From an uncultured delta proteobacterium (GTDB lineage: Bacteria > Myxococcota_A > Polyangia > Fen-1088): 64,000 bases of DNA. The notes beneath the pieces are model-generated. The model worked only from the letters and a program-made list of their open reading frames with translations, was not told the origin of the DNA and did no database searches. The position numbers and the translations under genes are program-made. Location of the stretch: the NCBI GenBank assembly GCA_963796685.1, contig CAWCMR010000010.1:64001-128000 (forward strand), in the 5' to 3' direction. Shown here in pieces: positions 29,181-41,806 of the stretch; within the stretch, counting starts at the first letter, position 1, and the number at the start of each line of letters is the position of its first letter.

Positions 29181-32100
29181 GGTCGAGGCCCACCTGCGGA
29201 CGCGCCTGTACCACGAAGAAGCAGCCCTGGGCATAGGCGCCCTCGATGTCTTGCGGGCCTCCGAGGGCATCTTCCACCGCCCGGCCGAGCTCGGCCACTT
29301 TATCGAGGAGGCGGCGGCGTTCGTCTTCGTTCCACAGCAGATCGACCGCGGCGTAGTCCAGGGGGACGGCTCGCGGCTGCGGCACGACGATGCTGTCATA
29401 GAGCCCGGCGCCGGCAAAACCCGCGAGATCTTCTCCGCTCGAGTCCGAGCGGAAGATCACGCCACCCCCGTAGAGGCCCAGACTCTTGCTCGGGAAGGAG
29501 ATGATGCGTCCCGCCCGATCCCCGGGACGGCGCGCGAAACCCAGCGCGTGGCCGGGGTGATTCCCCACCAGGGTCTCTCCCAGGCCGAGCACGATCTCCG
29601 CGACGAGATCGTCGCGGTCGCCGGAGAGCGGGTTCGTGGTGTGGATGACGAACGCGTAGTCCGCGGCCACCACCTCCTGGATCAGGACCGCCATGAGCAA
29701 GCTGGCATCGGGGATACCCAGGGCCCGCCGGCTGAAGTACGCGCGTTCGTTCCACTTCGAGGCCCACACCCGCGTGATGGCCGACCAGGCATCGGGGAAA
29801 GACGTTGTCCATGGAATGCGCGCCTTAGCGGTTGCCGAGCGCAGGGTCGCCTCCAAACCGCTTGGCGGCACGAGCCCAACCAACAGGTCGCGCAGGGCCG
29901 CCAGGGTCGCCGGTATGTCGCTCGCGGGTTCCTGGACCAGGTGGTCGGTCAGCTCCTGATGCCGATTCGCCCCGGTCCGATTGAGGGCGTCTTCGAGCAC
30001 GCGTTCGCAGGCACCATAGGGAAGCGCGATGGCCGTCGGCACGTGGATCCAGTCGGGCAACCGATCGCGCAGCTGTTTCAAGTTGCGCGACTTGGCGCCG
30101 ACATTGGACTTCTCGAAGGCAACTTCGGGGATGGCGTATTCCCCCGACCTCGTCGGACTTACCCGCGACGGCCGCGCCGCCTTGGCCGTGGCTTGCACGG
30201 CGGGTGGCGCCACGGACGCGATCTGCTCGATTGCCAGCTCGCCGTCGGACCGCACCGTGAGTCTGAGCCCTTGGCCCTGGCGAGCGCGCAGGCTGGCCAA
30301 GCCATCCGCATCCCAGCAGGTCGCCAACAGAACACCCGCGTTGCGGGCACGCACCGCCACGTGGGACATGAGGTCCACCGTCGATTCCGTCACCACGGCC
30401 GTCACGCCCTGGGGAATCTCTTCCTCGCCGGAAATGCGAGCCGCCACGATGATGGTGCCGGTCTCGAAGGAGCGTCCTTGTGCCTCGGCCAGGGTCGGGG
30501 TGTTGTGCACGACACCTTCCACGCGTCCGGGTCCACGGCTCGCCACCTGCCAATGGCCGAGGCCGGCGATCGCCCGCAGCGTCTCGTCCAGCTTCCGCCC
30601 CAAGGTGGACACCACGAGCTCGATCCTGCCGCGCAACACCTCCTCGGAGAACAGCTGCACCGTCCACGACTCGACGGCGAAGGCCTGCCCCAGGTACTCC
30701 GCCAGGGGCTGGAGCAGGCGACCGTCGCCATCGGTGATGGCCACGAGCTCGCGGCGAATGCGCTCGAGCACGGCCTGTGCATGCAGGGCAAATTCCTGGC
30801 CCGAGTGAGGAAGCTGCGCCAGCCGGTACAGGTGGCGCAAGGCCAGCGCCAGCTCGTCGCTCCTGCGCGTGCAGGCGAGGTTGCGCAGCGCCAACTCGGT
30901 CCACGCCAAGCTCATCGGCCGATAGGCGTTCGTGCAGATTGCGTTCGACCAGGTTGCGTAGAAAGTCCTCCAAGCCGAGGTCGAGGTAGAAAAGGTCGCG
31001 CAATCCCGCGTGGCCCGGGCGAAGCTTTTCGGCCAAGCTTTCTCGCGCACGCGTGACCGATTCCAGCAGCCACCCGCGCGCCTGCGCGTCGTCGCGGCGG
31101 TGCCAGACGGTGTCCAGGAGGTGGCGGGTCGGTTCGTCCAGGAACCCGCGCGCCAAGCTCAACGCCGTGCCGAAATCCGTGGCCGAGTGGACGGCGCGCA
31201 ACACGCCGAGGAAGTCGCCGAAGTCGTGCAGCAAGGCATCGCGCAGATGGGGAATGAAGTCGGGGTGACTGCGAATCGGGCGTTCGTAGCCTTGCAAGCG
31301 CTTGCGGCTCACGCCGCCCGACTCGAGCGCCTTATAGAAGGCCGCCTGATCGCCGTGTCGGCGCAGAAACTCAAGGTAGGCCTGGCAGATCACGACGTCG
31401 TCCGGGGTGGTGTTGTTGTGCAGCTTCTGGTGCCACTCTTCGAGAAAATGTCCCGCCACCTCCTTGACGTGGTTCCGGTGCATGATCTCAAGAATGCCGT
31501 CACGCACCCGCTGCCCCTCGCCGCCCCGGCCAAGGGTACCGGCGATCATCCGTAGCAGCGGGCGCCCGCGCTCGCTGTGGGCCGCGTGCTCGGCCAGCTT
31601 GATGGTCAGTCGATCCTGCGCGTGCGCCAGCTCGCGCGGCTTGGTGTTGAAGTTGCGCTGCCAGTCGAGCTGGCGAATGGCCGAGAAGCGCAACCACACG
31701 AACAACAAGGCCAGCCCCGGGACGTTGTCGGGCGCGATGCGATCCAGGAGATCCCAGGCGAGGTTGAATCGGTGCATGAGCGTCCACGAGTGGTTCCCGG
31801 TTTCGGCCTCGACGATCTCGTCGGCGATATCCGCCAGGGCGGCATCCTCGATCGGCCCGCCCGCCGCTTTGGTGTCGAGGGGGACGAAGAAGTTCCGCCC
31901 GCGATCGTTCCACCACCGTTGCCCGTCGGATTGGCAAAGCACGAAGCACAGCCCTCGCGGCAGCTCGCCCGGACCGGTGGCAAGGTGCAAGGTGCGCAGC
32001 TCTCCCTCGTCGAGAAATGGGGTCTGCACCGCGCGTTCGTCGACCTGGCGCGTGTTCGAAGGTCGCAGTGCCACGGGCGGCAACGTCCATTCCCGGCGGT

Positions 32101-32668
32101 TCCTGCCCGCCCCCCAGTGCAAGAGCAGCGGGCCCTCCAAGTCGGTGGCCAGCGCCACCTCGACGCCGGCTTCCGACCGGTGCATGGCGACGGCCAAGGC
32201 GTAGCCTTCGTCCAAGGTGTACAGGCCTTCGTGACAAGGCGCCTCCGCGCCGGTCAGCGCGCGCGCCGCCATCGCTGGCGTGCGGGCAAGCGGCCTAGGC
32301 GGGGGCAAGGCGACGCGGTAGTTGCGGCCCTGGTTGCTGTCCCAGCGCGAGGTCTTGGCGTCGCGCAAGGCGAACTCGAAAAAGGCGAATCTCCAGGCGG
32401 CCTCGATGTGCAAGGTCAAGCCATCCTCGGCTGCGGCCAGGGGGGTGTCGACGGCACGGTCGGCAGACGTGGAATCTCTTGGCCAGGCGGATTTCGGCGG
32501 TTGCCGCCACAGCGCACCCGCATGGCGCGCGAACCCCCAATGCAGGATGCACGCGGGGCCGGCCAGCTTGTCGATCACGAGGTCGAAAGCTTGGTCGCGC
32601 GCGCGCACCGTCGTCTGCAAGACGACGCCGCTCGCGGTCGCGATCTTCTGCGTGATTTCGTTCTCCAC
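29173..32668 (-). CDS. alpha-glucan water dikinase (GWD)-like protein, frameshift near 30908
   Basis: Two LHWG modules; LMHRFNL, WLRFSAIRQLDW..N.KPREL, EEWHQKLHNNTTPDDVVICQA; DLMSHVAVRARN; VGAKS, VWASKWNERA, GLGETLVG, EDLAGFAGAGLYDS, QDIEG, VQARPQ. Confidence 0.9.
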
Positions 32669-32759
32669 TCGGCCCTCGTCCCTCTCGCGAATGCAGTCGC
32701 TTCTCCCAGTGGCCGCTCTAGCACGAATCCGCGCCTCTGCACGTCGAAGCAGGCGGCCG

Positions 32760-34349
<1,590 letters not shown>

Positions 34350-34364
34350 GGTGTCCTCCGCGGG

Positions 34365-35426
34365 TCAGGTGTCCGAGGGCGACTTCGCCGTGCCCACTTC
34401 TTCAGCACCGGCTCCGGCAGCCGGCGGCCTTTCGCCAAGCTCGTCCACGACCTTGCGGTAACCGCACAGGCCAAGGCGATGCCCGAGGTCGGGATCGGAG
34501 AGCACGCGGTGGATGCCCGCGACGAAGCTGGCGGCTTCGGCGTCGACGAGGACGCTGTTTTTCTCGTGTCGGCACAGCTCGCCCGACACGGCGCGGGTGG
34601 CCACCACCGGGCGGCGCGCGGACCAGCCGGCGAGAATTTGCCAGTCCTCGGTCTGCACCGGGCTCGGCACGGCCACGAGGTCGGCCGCGGCGACCAATTC
34701 GCGGATCTCGCTTCCGCCGACATGACCCACGATGCGGACGGCGTAATCGAGCAGCATGTAGCGCGACATCACCCGCAACGGCCACAGCAGCGGACCGTCG
34801 CCGACGAGCACCAGGCGCGCTTGCGGGTGCTTTTTGAGAATCGCCGGCATGGCGCGAACCAGGACATCGGGCGCGTGGCGATCGTCCAGATCCCCGACGA
34901 ACAAGATGGTTGGATCCACGGGACCGATGAGGTAGCGCGCCTTGACCGTTCCTGGATCCAGGTCAGACGCGAACTCCTGATAGGGGAAGGTGCGCCGGGG
35001 AGCCTCGGGCTCGGGCGGTGGGGCCGGCAGCTGCTCGTGCAGGACAAGTGCTGTGATGGGCGGCTCGGGCGGTGGGGCCGGCGGTTGCTCGTGCAGGACA
35101 AGTGCCACGATGGGCGGCTCGGGCGGTGGGACCGGTGGCTGCTCGTGCAGGACAAGTGCCGCGATGGGAGGCTCGGGCGGCGGGGCCGGCGGTTGCTCAT
35201 GCAGGACAAGTGCCGCGACGGGCGCCGAGGCCGCGACAGGCGGCTCGGCCGGCGCCTCGGGCGCGATCCTCGCAACGCTGGCGGCCTTATCGTGGCCCGT
35301 CCTGGCGAGGGCGGTCTCGGGCTTCATCCGCGGCCACGCGTTGGCGTTGACCGCCTCGGCCCCGACCTCGGAGCGATTCCCGGGCAATCGTCGGTGGGCC
35401 TCGGCATGCGAGCGGGCGGGGATCAT
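34365..35426 (-). CDS. GT4 C-terminal domain protein with Pro-rich repeat N-terminus
   Basis: ILFVGDL, LVLVGDG, AADLVAVPS; no N-terminal GT4 domain; ATGA overlap with upstream gene. Confidence 0.75.
   Translation of the reverse strand: MIPARSHAEAHRRLPGNRSEVGAEAVNANAWPRMKPETALARTGHDKAASVARIAPEAPAEPPVAASAPVAALVLHEQPPAPPPEPPIAALVLHEQPPVPPPEPPIVALVLHEQPPAPPPEPPITALVLHEQLPAPPPEPEAPRRTFPYQEFASDLDPGTVKARYLIGPVDPTILFVGDLDDRHAPDVLVRAMPAILKKHPQARLVLVGDGPLLWPLRVMSRYMLLDYAVRIVGHVGGSEIRELVAAADLVAVPSPVQTEDWQILAGWSARRPVVATRAVSGELCRHEKNSVLVDAEAASFVAGIHRVLSDPDLGHRLGLCGYRKVVDELGERPPAAGAGAEEVGTAKSPSDT
35008..35223. repeat. 4 x 54-bp coding tandem repeat
   Basis: Units at 35008, 35062, 35116, 35170 encoding P(I/V)xALVLHEQxPxPPPEP. 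Confidence 0.92.
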
Positions 35427-37321
35427 CGCTGTCCCCTTGCGCGCTCCGAGCTCGAAGCGGTGACCAGGCCGGTCTCGCTCAGCTCCGGAAAGGTCCGCGC
35501 GCAAAGGTCGGCATAACTTTGGGCGAGCCCGCTCCAGCTCGCGCCCTCTCCTTGCCGCCCGCCGGTTCTTCCCATCTGTTCGCTGTGGCGAGGGTCGTCG
35601 AGCAATCGACTCATTCCCCAGACCAAGGAAGGCGGATTGTCGTAGACCAGCAAGCCGTCTTCTTCGTGGCGAATCAGGTACGCCGGGCCCCCGTGGGTCG
35701 TGAGCACCGGCCGGGACGCGCGGCGGGCAAGCTCGGCCACCGCATGGTCCTGCGCCAAACGGTGGCGGGCCGGCATGAGCAGCGCCTCGCTGGCGCGCAG
35801 AAGGGGAACCAATCGTGCGCGTTCCACGTGTCCCAACACGCGGATGGCGTGTCCAACCCCGAGCTGGTTGCCGCGGCCCACGAGATGACCGCGCATGCCT
35901 CCCTCGCCGGCGAAGACCAGGCCAACGTTGGGGGTGCGGGAGAGAACCGTGGGTAAGGCCTCGATGAGCAAGTCAGGGCCGGCGGCCCACTCGAGTGGGC
36001 CGACGAAGAGGAGCACGCGGTCGAAGGGGTGCAGGCCCAGGTCGGCTTTGACTCTGCCGTGGTCGAGCGGCGTCTCCCATTCGTCGACGGGACGACCTTC
36101 CATGGGGAAGGGATGGATATGTGCGCTGTCGGCGCCAAGGTCGGTCGCGGCGCGGGCATGCAGCCACGTGGGGACGATGAGGCACTCGGCGGCACGCGCG
36201 AGCTCGCGCTCGGTCTTTTCGATCTCCATCGACATCTCGGTGGCCGCGGTGCCGTTGCGCCGGGTGGGCTCGATCGACGTGAGCGCCAGGGTGGCCGGCC
36301 TGGTGCCCATCCATGGCACGAGGGCGGTCATCCACTCTTGCATGTGGAAGTAGTCGAAAGGAGGCAGGCCACGCAAGCACGTCTCCAGCGAGCGCGCGAA
36401 GGCCAAGGCGGTGTCGATCGGACCGCTCGTGGGGCCAAGCACGAGCGGGTGGTAGGCGACGCCTGCGCACTCCGCGTCGGCTTGGAAGTCCTCGTGGGCC
36501 GGCACGAAGGCATGCACCTCTTGCCCCTGCGCGTGTAGCTCGCTCCCCAACGAGGTCACGAAGGTGGCCACCGGCCCTGCGTGCCCGACCGCCTCAGCCT
36601 CGAAGCTCAGCATGGCGATGCGCAGATCCCGGCGCAGGCGGGGTTTGCTGCGCTCGCGAACGTAGCTCGTGCTCTCCCATGGGCTCGGCACCGGTTCGGG
36701 CGCCAAGCGATCGTCGACATAGAGGGCGGCATCATCGTGGTGCGACGACACCGTCGGGGATGGAAAGGCGGTGGCCGTGCTGCGCGCCGCCGCGATGAAC
36801 TCTCCATTGCGCAAGACGAAGCCGACCTCCGCGAGTTGCGTGGTTCCGGCGAGCGGAAAGGCCACCAGCCGCTGGCCGCTCAGGCCATCGATGGCGATGT
36901 CGCGCAGGCGGTGCGCGTTCATCCCGTTGAACTCGAGAAAGGAGACGTCGTAGAGGCGAACCACGAAGCGCGAACCGTTCCAGTGATCGCGCCTGCGCGC
37001 CGACGTGGACTCGATCCAGGAGGGCTGCACCCGCCACACGACGAACGCCTCACCGGGTGAGACCGCACACAGATTCACATAGGTATCCGGGCAAACATGG
37101 GCATCGTGCGCGCGCCGGGAGCCGATCTCCCAGGCGTAACGTCGCAGGCCGACCACGTCGAGCTGCGGGGGTGCTGGAGCGTGACCTTCTCCTTCTCGAT
37201 CGGGTAAGGAATCCGTACCCCGCCGCAGCGATCGCTCCGCGTAAGCATCCTCGGTCGGCGTCGAGCTCTCGGCCCGTATCGTCGGCGCAGTCACTTCACT
37301 TTCGACTCCTGCACGCATCAT
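35423..37321 (-). CDS. DUF4912-like domain fused to GT4 glycosyltransferase
   Basis: FVVRLYDVS...AEVGF..GEFIAAARS, then IAMLSFE, HMQEWMT, LLFVGPL. Confidence 0.8.
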   Translation of the reverse strand: MMRAGVESEVTAPTIRAESSTPTEDAYAERSLRRGTDSLPDREGEGHAPAPPQLDVVGLRRYAWEIGSRRAHDAHVCPDTYVNLCAVSPGEAFVVWRVQPSWIESTSARRRDHWNGSRFVVRLYDVSFLEFNGMNAHRLRDIAIDGLSGQRLVAFPLAGTTQLAEVGFVLRNGEFIAAARSTATAFPSPTVSSHHDDAALYVDDRLAPEPVPSPWESTSYVRERSKPRLRRDLRIAMLSFEAEAVGHAGPVATFVTSLGSELHAQGQEVHAFVPAHEDFQADAECAGVAYHPLVLGPTSGPIDTALAFARSLETCLRGLPPFDYFHMQEWMTALVPWMGTRPATLALTSIEPTRRNGTAATEMSMEIEKTERELARAAECLIVPTWLHARAATDLGADSAHIHPFPMEGRPVDEWETPLDHGRVKADLGLHPFDRVLLFVGPLEWAAGPDLLIEALPTVLSRTPNVGLVFAGEGGMRGHLVGRGNQLGVGHAIRVLGHVERARLVPLLRASEALLMPARHRLAQDHAVAELARRASRPVLTTHGGPAYLIRHEEDGLLVYDNPPSLVWGMSRLLDDPRHSEQMGRTGGRQGEGASWSGLAQSYADLCARTFPELSETGLVTASSSERARGQR

Positions 37322-37346
37322 CTTGATTCCTCCTTGCCAGCGTGTC

Positions 37347-38510
37347 TCAGCTCACCTCGCAGTACAGCGATTCGGTCTGCTCGGCGATGCAATCCCAGGT
37401 GAACACGGCGTCGACCGCCACGCGGCCGTTGCGTCCCATCCAGCATCCTTTCTCGTAGTCGGCCAAAAGGGTTCCAAGACCCCATGACACCGAATCGGGG
37501 GTGTCGTCCACCTGCAATCCGTTCACCCCGTGCCAGACGAATTCGGCCGGTCCGCCCCGTTTGGTGCTGACCACGGGCCGGGCCGCGCTCCATGCCTCGA
37601 GAATCACGATGCCGAAAGGCTCGTTACGGCTGGGCACAACCACCACATCGGCGGCCTTGAAGATGTCGGCCAACTCTTGTCCACCTATGTGCCCCAGAAT
37701 GCGCAGGGCGTGGGCGACCCCGAGTTGGTGGGCGAGCGCGCACAGCTCGCCTCGCATGTGGCCGTCGCCGGCGAAGACGAACTTGGCGCTCGGATAATAG
37801 CGCATGACCGAAGGCATGGCGCGCACGAGAATGTCCGGGCCCTTTTGCACCGTGAGACGGCCGGTGAACAGGATCATCGGATCCAGCGGGCCGATGGCGT
37901 AGCGACGTTTCACCTCGCCCGGGTCGAGCTGGTAGTCGAAGCGGTGCGCGTTGACACCATTGTAGATGACCTTGGCCTTGGTGTCGGGGACCTGGTACAG
38001 CCATTTCAACTCGCTCTTGAGCTGATTGGAGACCGCGATGACCCGGTCGACGCAGTAGGTGCCGTTTCGCTCGTGATCCGCAATTCTCTGAGCCGTGCCC
38101 CCGTAAAGCCGATTGCCGTTGCGCCCGAATTCGGTCGAGTGCATGGTCAGCACCGCCTTGCGGTGGCGGCTTTCCCTGGCCCACACCACTGCGTTCGAGG
38201 ACAGCCAATCGTGGGCGTGCAGGACATCGAAGGGTCCCAGCGAGTCCTCCACCGCAAAGCACTCGCCGACGAAGGCGCGGCACATGTTGTTGATCTCGTC
38301 GACGAAACTGGGGTGCAACGGGAACGGGCAACGATGGTAGTGGACGTCGTCAATGTGGTCGTAGGTCGACTGGCCGTGCCCGATACGGGTGAATACATGG
38401 ATGTCGTGGCCCCGGCGCGCCAGCGCGGCCGCCAACTCGGAAACGTGGACGGCAACCCCTCCTACCGCGATGGAATGCAAAGACTCCCATGCAAAAAGCG
38501 CTACGCGCAT
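37347..38510 (-). CDS. GT4 glycosyltransferase, probable alpha-glucan synthase
   Basis: WESLHSIAVGGV, HAHDW, TMHSTE, GRLTVQKG, PSRNEPFGIVILEA. Confidence 0.9.
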   Translation of the reverse strand: MRVALFAWESLHSIAVGGVAVHVSELAAALARRGHDIHVFTRIGHGQSTYDHIDDVHYHRCPFPLHPSFVDEINNMCRAFVGECFAVEDSLGPFDVLHAHDWLSSNAVVWARESRHRKAVLTMHSTEFGRNGNRLYGGTAQRIADHERNGTYCVDRVIAVSNQLKSELKWLYQVPDTKAKVIYNGVNAHRFDYQLDPGEVKRRYAIGPLDPMILFTGRLTVQKGPDILVRAMPSVMRYYPSAKFVFAGDGHMRGELCALAHQLGVAHALRILGHIGGQELADIFKAADVVVVPSRNEPFGIVILEAWSAARPVVSTKRGGPAEFVWHGVNGLQVDDTPDSVSWGLGTLLADYEKGCWMGRNGRVAVDAVFTWDCIAEQTESLYCEVS

Positions 38511-38845
38511 TCCCGGTCTCCCAAGAGCTCTGAAGAATGTTTTGCCCCTCGACTTGGACTTCGGATCGTCCCCGGGGCAAGGAGAGCGATCCCGCAGCAT
38601 TGCAGTTCCACCTATAGATGCCGGGTCGGTAGGCTAGGTGACCATCCCACCTCACCTATTGCCTCACCCATTGCGCGGCTTAGCGCGTCGCGATGCCAGA
38701 GCGTCCGTCGACGATCTAACCGAGGCTGCCGGCTCGCCCAACTGGCAATGGGAGCGGAGGGACGCCATCTGATTTGACAACCATTCCGTGTTTGAACAGG
38801 ATAACGCCCTGCCGTGAGCAGTCGAAACGCACCAAGGGGGATGCC

Positions 38846-39064
38846 ATGAGATGCTGGTTCTGCAACGAGGAGGCCCGCGGCAGTTGCGCCGTCTGCGGGC
38901 GTGGCCTGTGCCGTGGACATGCCAACGTCCATGACGAGCTCACGCTCGTCAAGTCCGATACCTCAACCGGCTATGCGACCTACTTGAACGCCTATGACAC
39001 CTTGAAGTGCAGCGAGTGCCGTTTGGAATGGCGATCGTACGGGCCACATGGGCCGAATCCGTGA
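38846..39064 (+). CDS. small zinc-finger protein (DUF2180-like)
   Basis: CWFC...CAVCGRGLCRGH...CSEC; AAGGGGG SD. Confidence 0.7.
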   Translation: MRCWFCNEEARGSCAVCGRGLCRGHANVHDELTLVKSDTSTGYATYLNAYDTLKCSECRLEWRSYGPHGPNP

Positions 39065-39090
39065 CCACGCTCGCGTGCTCCTCGTGGCTG

Positions 39091-41312
39091 CTAATCGGCC
39101 GGTCCTTCCGCGACTTCCCGTTTGACCAGCTCCAGTCGGTCGGCAAGCACGCGCAAGAGCTTGGGCAGGGCAACGTGGCGCGCCCGGAGTGCCTCCAGGT
39201 GTTCCCAGACGATCTCCTGTACGCGCCGCCAGTCATTCGTCGGCGCGATGCTCCCCGCGTGATCGACCAGTGTGAGCGCTAGCTGCCAATCGGCTGGCTC
39301 CTCGTTCTGGCCTCGTGCTCCGCCACGAGTCGCGTCGATGCGAGCCTCGAGATAGGTGACAAGGGCGAGCGTCATCAGGCGCGTGAGATCCGCCTGCTCG
39401 CTGGTGGTGCATGGCGCGAGCTTGTCCGCCACCGCTAGGAGCGCGCGGCATCCGCTGGCCTCACGTGTGCCCGGAGCCATGCGCCAGAGCGCACCCAGGC
39501 GCAGGGCCTGAACGGCCGCCGCGTCGAGATCGTCGAGGCCCAGGGTGCGCCGCCCGATCTCGCAAGCGAATCCGGCGCCGCCGTCGTAGGTGCCAGAAAA
39601 TTCAACGGTGGTCGTGTTCCCCGTGGTCCGCTCAATCACCTCGGCCTTGCCCCGAACGGCTCGTTGCGCTCGACCGATGTCCAGGCTCTCGCTCTCGAAG
39701 CTCGAACCCCGGTAATTCGGCGACACTCGGGTGCGTGGAAATGAAGGACGAGAACGCCGCGCGTGCCACGACGAGCTCGGGCGTGAAACGATCGCGGCAG
39801 GCGCGCTCATACGCGTCGGCGCCGGTGCCCGATTTCGGTTGATTGCTGCGCGCCTGGGCGAGCACGGCGATGAGCTCCTTTTCGGGTGGCTCCCCGCCGA
39901 AGCGTCGCCACAGATCCATGGCGTGGGCAGCCCTGCGCAGGGCGATCGCCGACTCGGCTCCGGCAATATCGTCGAAGAACCAGGCGCAACTGGCGTACAT
40001 GAGCAGCAGCGAGCGCTGCATTTCCATGAGCAGCAACGCGCGCGTGGCCACTCCCCCACGGTCGTGTTGCAGGATCGGCTTGGCGATCTGGCGTAGGCGC
40101 TGTTTGCGCCCGTCAGGTCCATCGTGTGCCACGGCGCCGTAGTCGTCGCGCGCCTGCCATGGATCGACGAACCAATCCCCGGCTGCGTCCTCGAAGAGAG
40201 CGGCGGCTCGGTCCCGCAATAGATCGAGCGCGCGGCGCAAGGGTGCGCGCCACGCCTGGCTGGTGTTCTTGGTGCTGTCCATGCGGCAGCCACAGTCGCG
40301 CAACCAGCGACCGAGACCGTGGCTGCAGCTCCAGGCCGTGCCCTCGCCGTTTTCGCCCGGCCGCAGGCGCGCTTCCCAGGTCGCGGGTGAATCGGCCAAG
40401 AAGGCTTGCAGGTTCGTGACCTCGATACCCTGGGCCGGTGCCATCACGCTGGCGGCGTAGGCCAGGGTGAGGTCGGCGAACTTCTTGTGGTGCCCGTAGA
40501 GCTTCTCCGTCGGAGGCGGCCAACACCAGACGCTTGCCGGAAACCTTGGATCGTTCAGCCGCGCGCTGGATGGCCTGCAAGAAATTGCCGGCGTCATGGG
40601 TCATGGTGCCAAAGGCCAGGTCTCGCGAGAGCGGGCCGTTGAATACGGCGAGGGCGATGGAGCGGCCCGAGCCATCGGGATGAAGAAAACGATAGGCTCG
40701 GCCGGTATCCACGGTTTCACTCGTGACCTCTTGCCAGTGGCCACCCGGCAAGCGCACGGCCTGAATCTGTTCGGGTGCCAGGATGGTGAAGCGAATGCCG
40801 GCGTCGATCAGCGCGGCCAGGGTTGCGTCGTTGGCCGCCGTTTCCGGCAGCCACATCCCGATTGCGTCGCGAGCGAAGTGGCGCCGAAAATCGGCCAGGC
40901 CCCAGACAATCTGCGTACGCAGATCGTGCGGCGAGAGCAGGGGCGTGATGGGATGGGCCCAGACCTGGGCCAAGGCACCGCCTCCGGAAAGTCGTTCCTG
41001 CTGGTCTTCGTCGCCGTTCCGTATGCGCCGCAGAGTCTGCTCGCCGCGTCGCTCGAGCCATTGGGCCAGGGTCGGCCCCACGTCGAAGGACATGTGCGCG
41101 TAGTTGTTGACGATGGAAGCGACGCGATCCTGGGCTCCGTAGATGCGCGCGGAGGCGTTGGCCTTGTAGCACTCGGCATGAATGCGTGCATTCCAGTTCG
41201 GAAAGGGGGCGGCGCTTGGCTCGCGCGGCACCTCGTCGGTCCACGGATTCTCCCGCGGCGGCTGGTAGAAGTGCCCGTGCACGACCAGAGCGATGGCAGA
41301 ACGCGCCTTCAT
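39091..41312 (-). CDS. GH57/DUF3536 family protein, frameshifts near 40502 and 39700
   Basis: HGHFYQPPRENPW, GMWLPE, ASDGE|LYGHH, AWSCSHGLGRW..DCGC, MYASCAWFFDDI across three frames. Confidence 0.85.
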
Positions 41313-41497
41313 GGAGGCAAAAATGTACCGTGGGCCAATTGGGTTTGCACGCGACCGCCGCCCGGCCTCGGGCCGTCGTCAACGTTTGCACGCGTGCCCT
41401 ACTCCCGCGACGAACGTAGCAATATCGTGGAAGGTGGCACTTGCGCCTCCGACACGACCACGCCCGATTTCGCGAAGACGCACCGCATGCTACTCGG

Positions 41498-41581
41498 AAG
41501 AAGTTGAATTTTCCGTGCTTGACCTGGTATCAGTCAACGCGGCATACATTCGCCTCCCACTGGGTGACGGACAGTCGCTCG
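41498..41581 (+). pseudogene. tyrosine integrase remnant (box II)
   Basis: KKLNFPCLTWYQSTRHTFASHWV resembles the RHTFAS catalytic box; ~100 bp from a tRNA. Confidence 0.6.
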
Positions 41582-41683
41582 GCTGGGAGCACTGCGACAA
41601 TCGCAGAAGAAGGAGTGACAGGGCACGAAGGACAATGGCACAACAGCTGCGCTGATGCGTCGCAAGTAGCTGAAATTACTCAT

Positions 41684-41768
41684 GGAGAGATGGCCGAGTG
41701 GCCGAAGGCGCCTGATTCGAAATCAGGTTTACCGAAAGGTAACGTGGGTTCGACTCCCACTCTCTCCT
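41684..41768 (+). tRNA. tRNA-Ser(CGA)
   Basis: GGAGAGA/TCTCTCC acceptor stem, CCTGA-TTCGAAA-TCAGG anticodon arm, long variable arm, GGTTCGACTCC. Confidence 0.96.
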
Positions 41769-41806
41769 CTCACCATTAAATAGCGAAATAGCGAGTACTC
41801 TTCACA

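Noticed and set aside
29173-31050. Stand-alone PEP synthase/PPDK
   Set aside because: The His domain precedes the nucleotide domain, there is no pyruvate-binding barrel, and the ORF continues the upstream GWD frame
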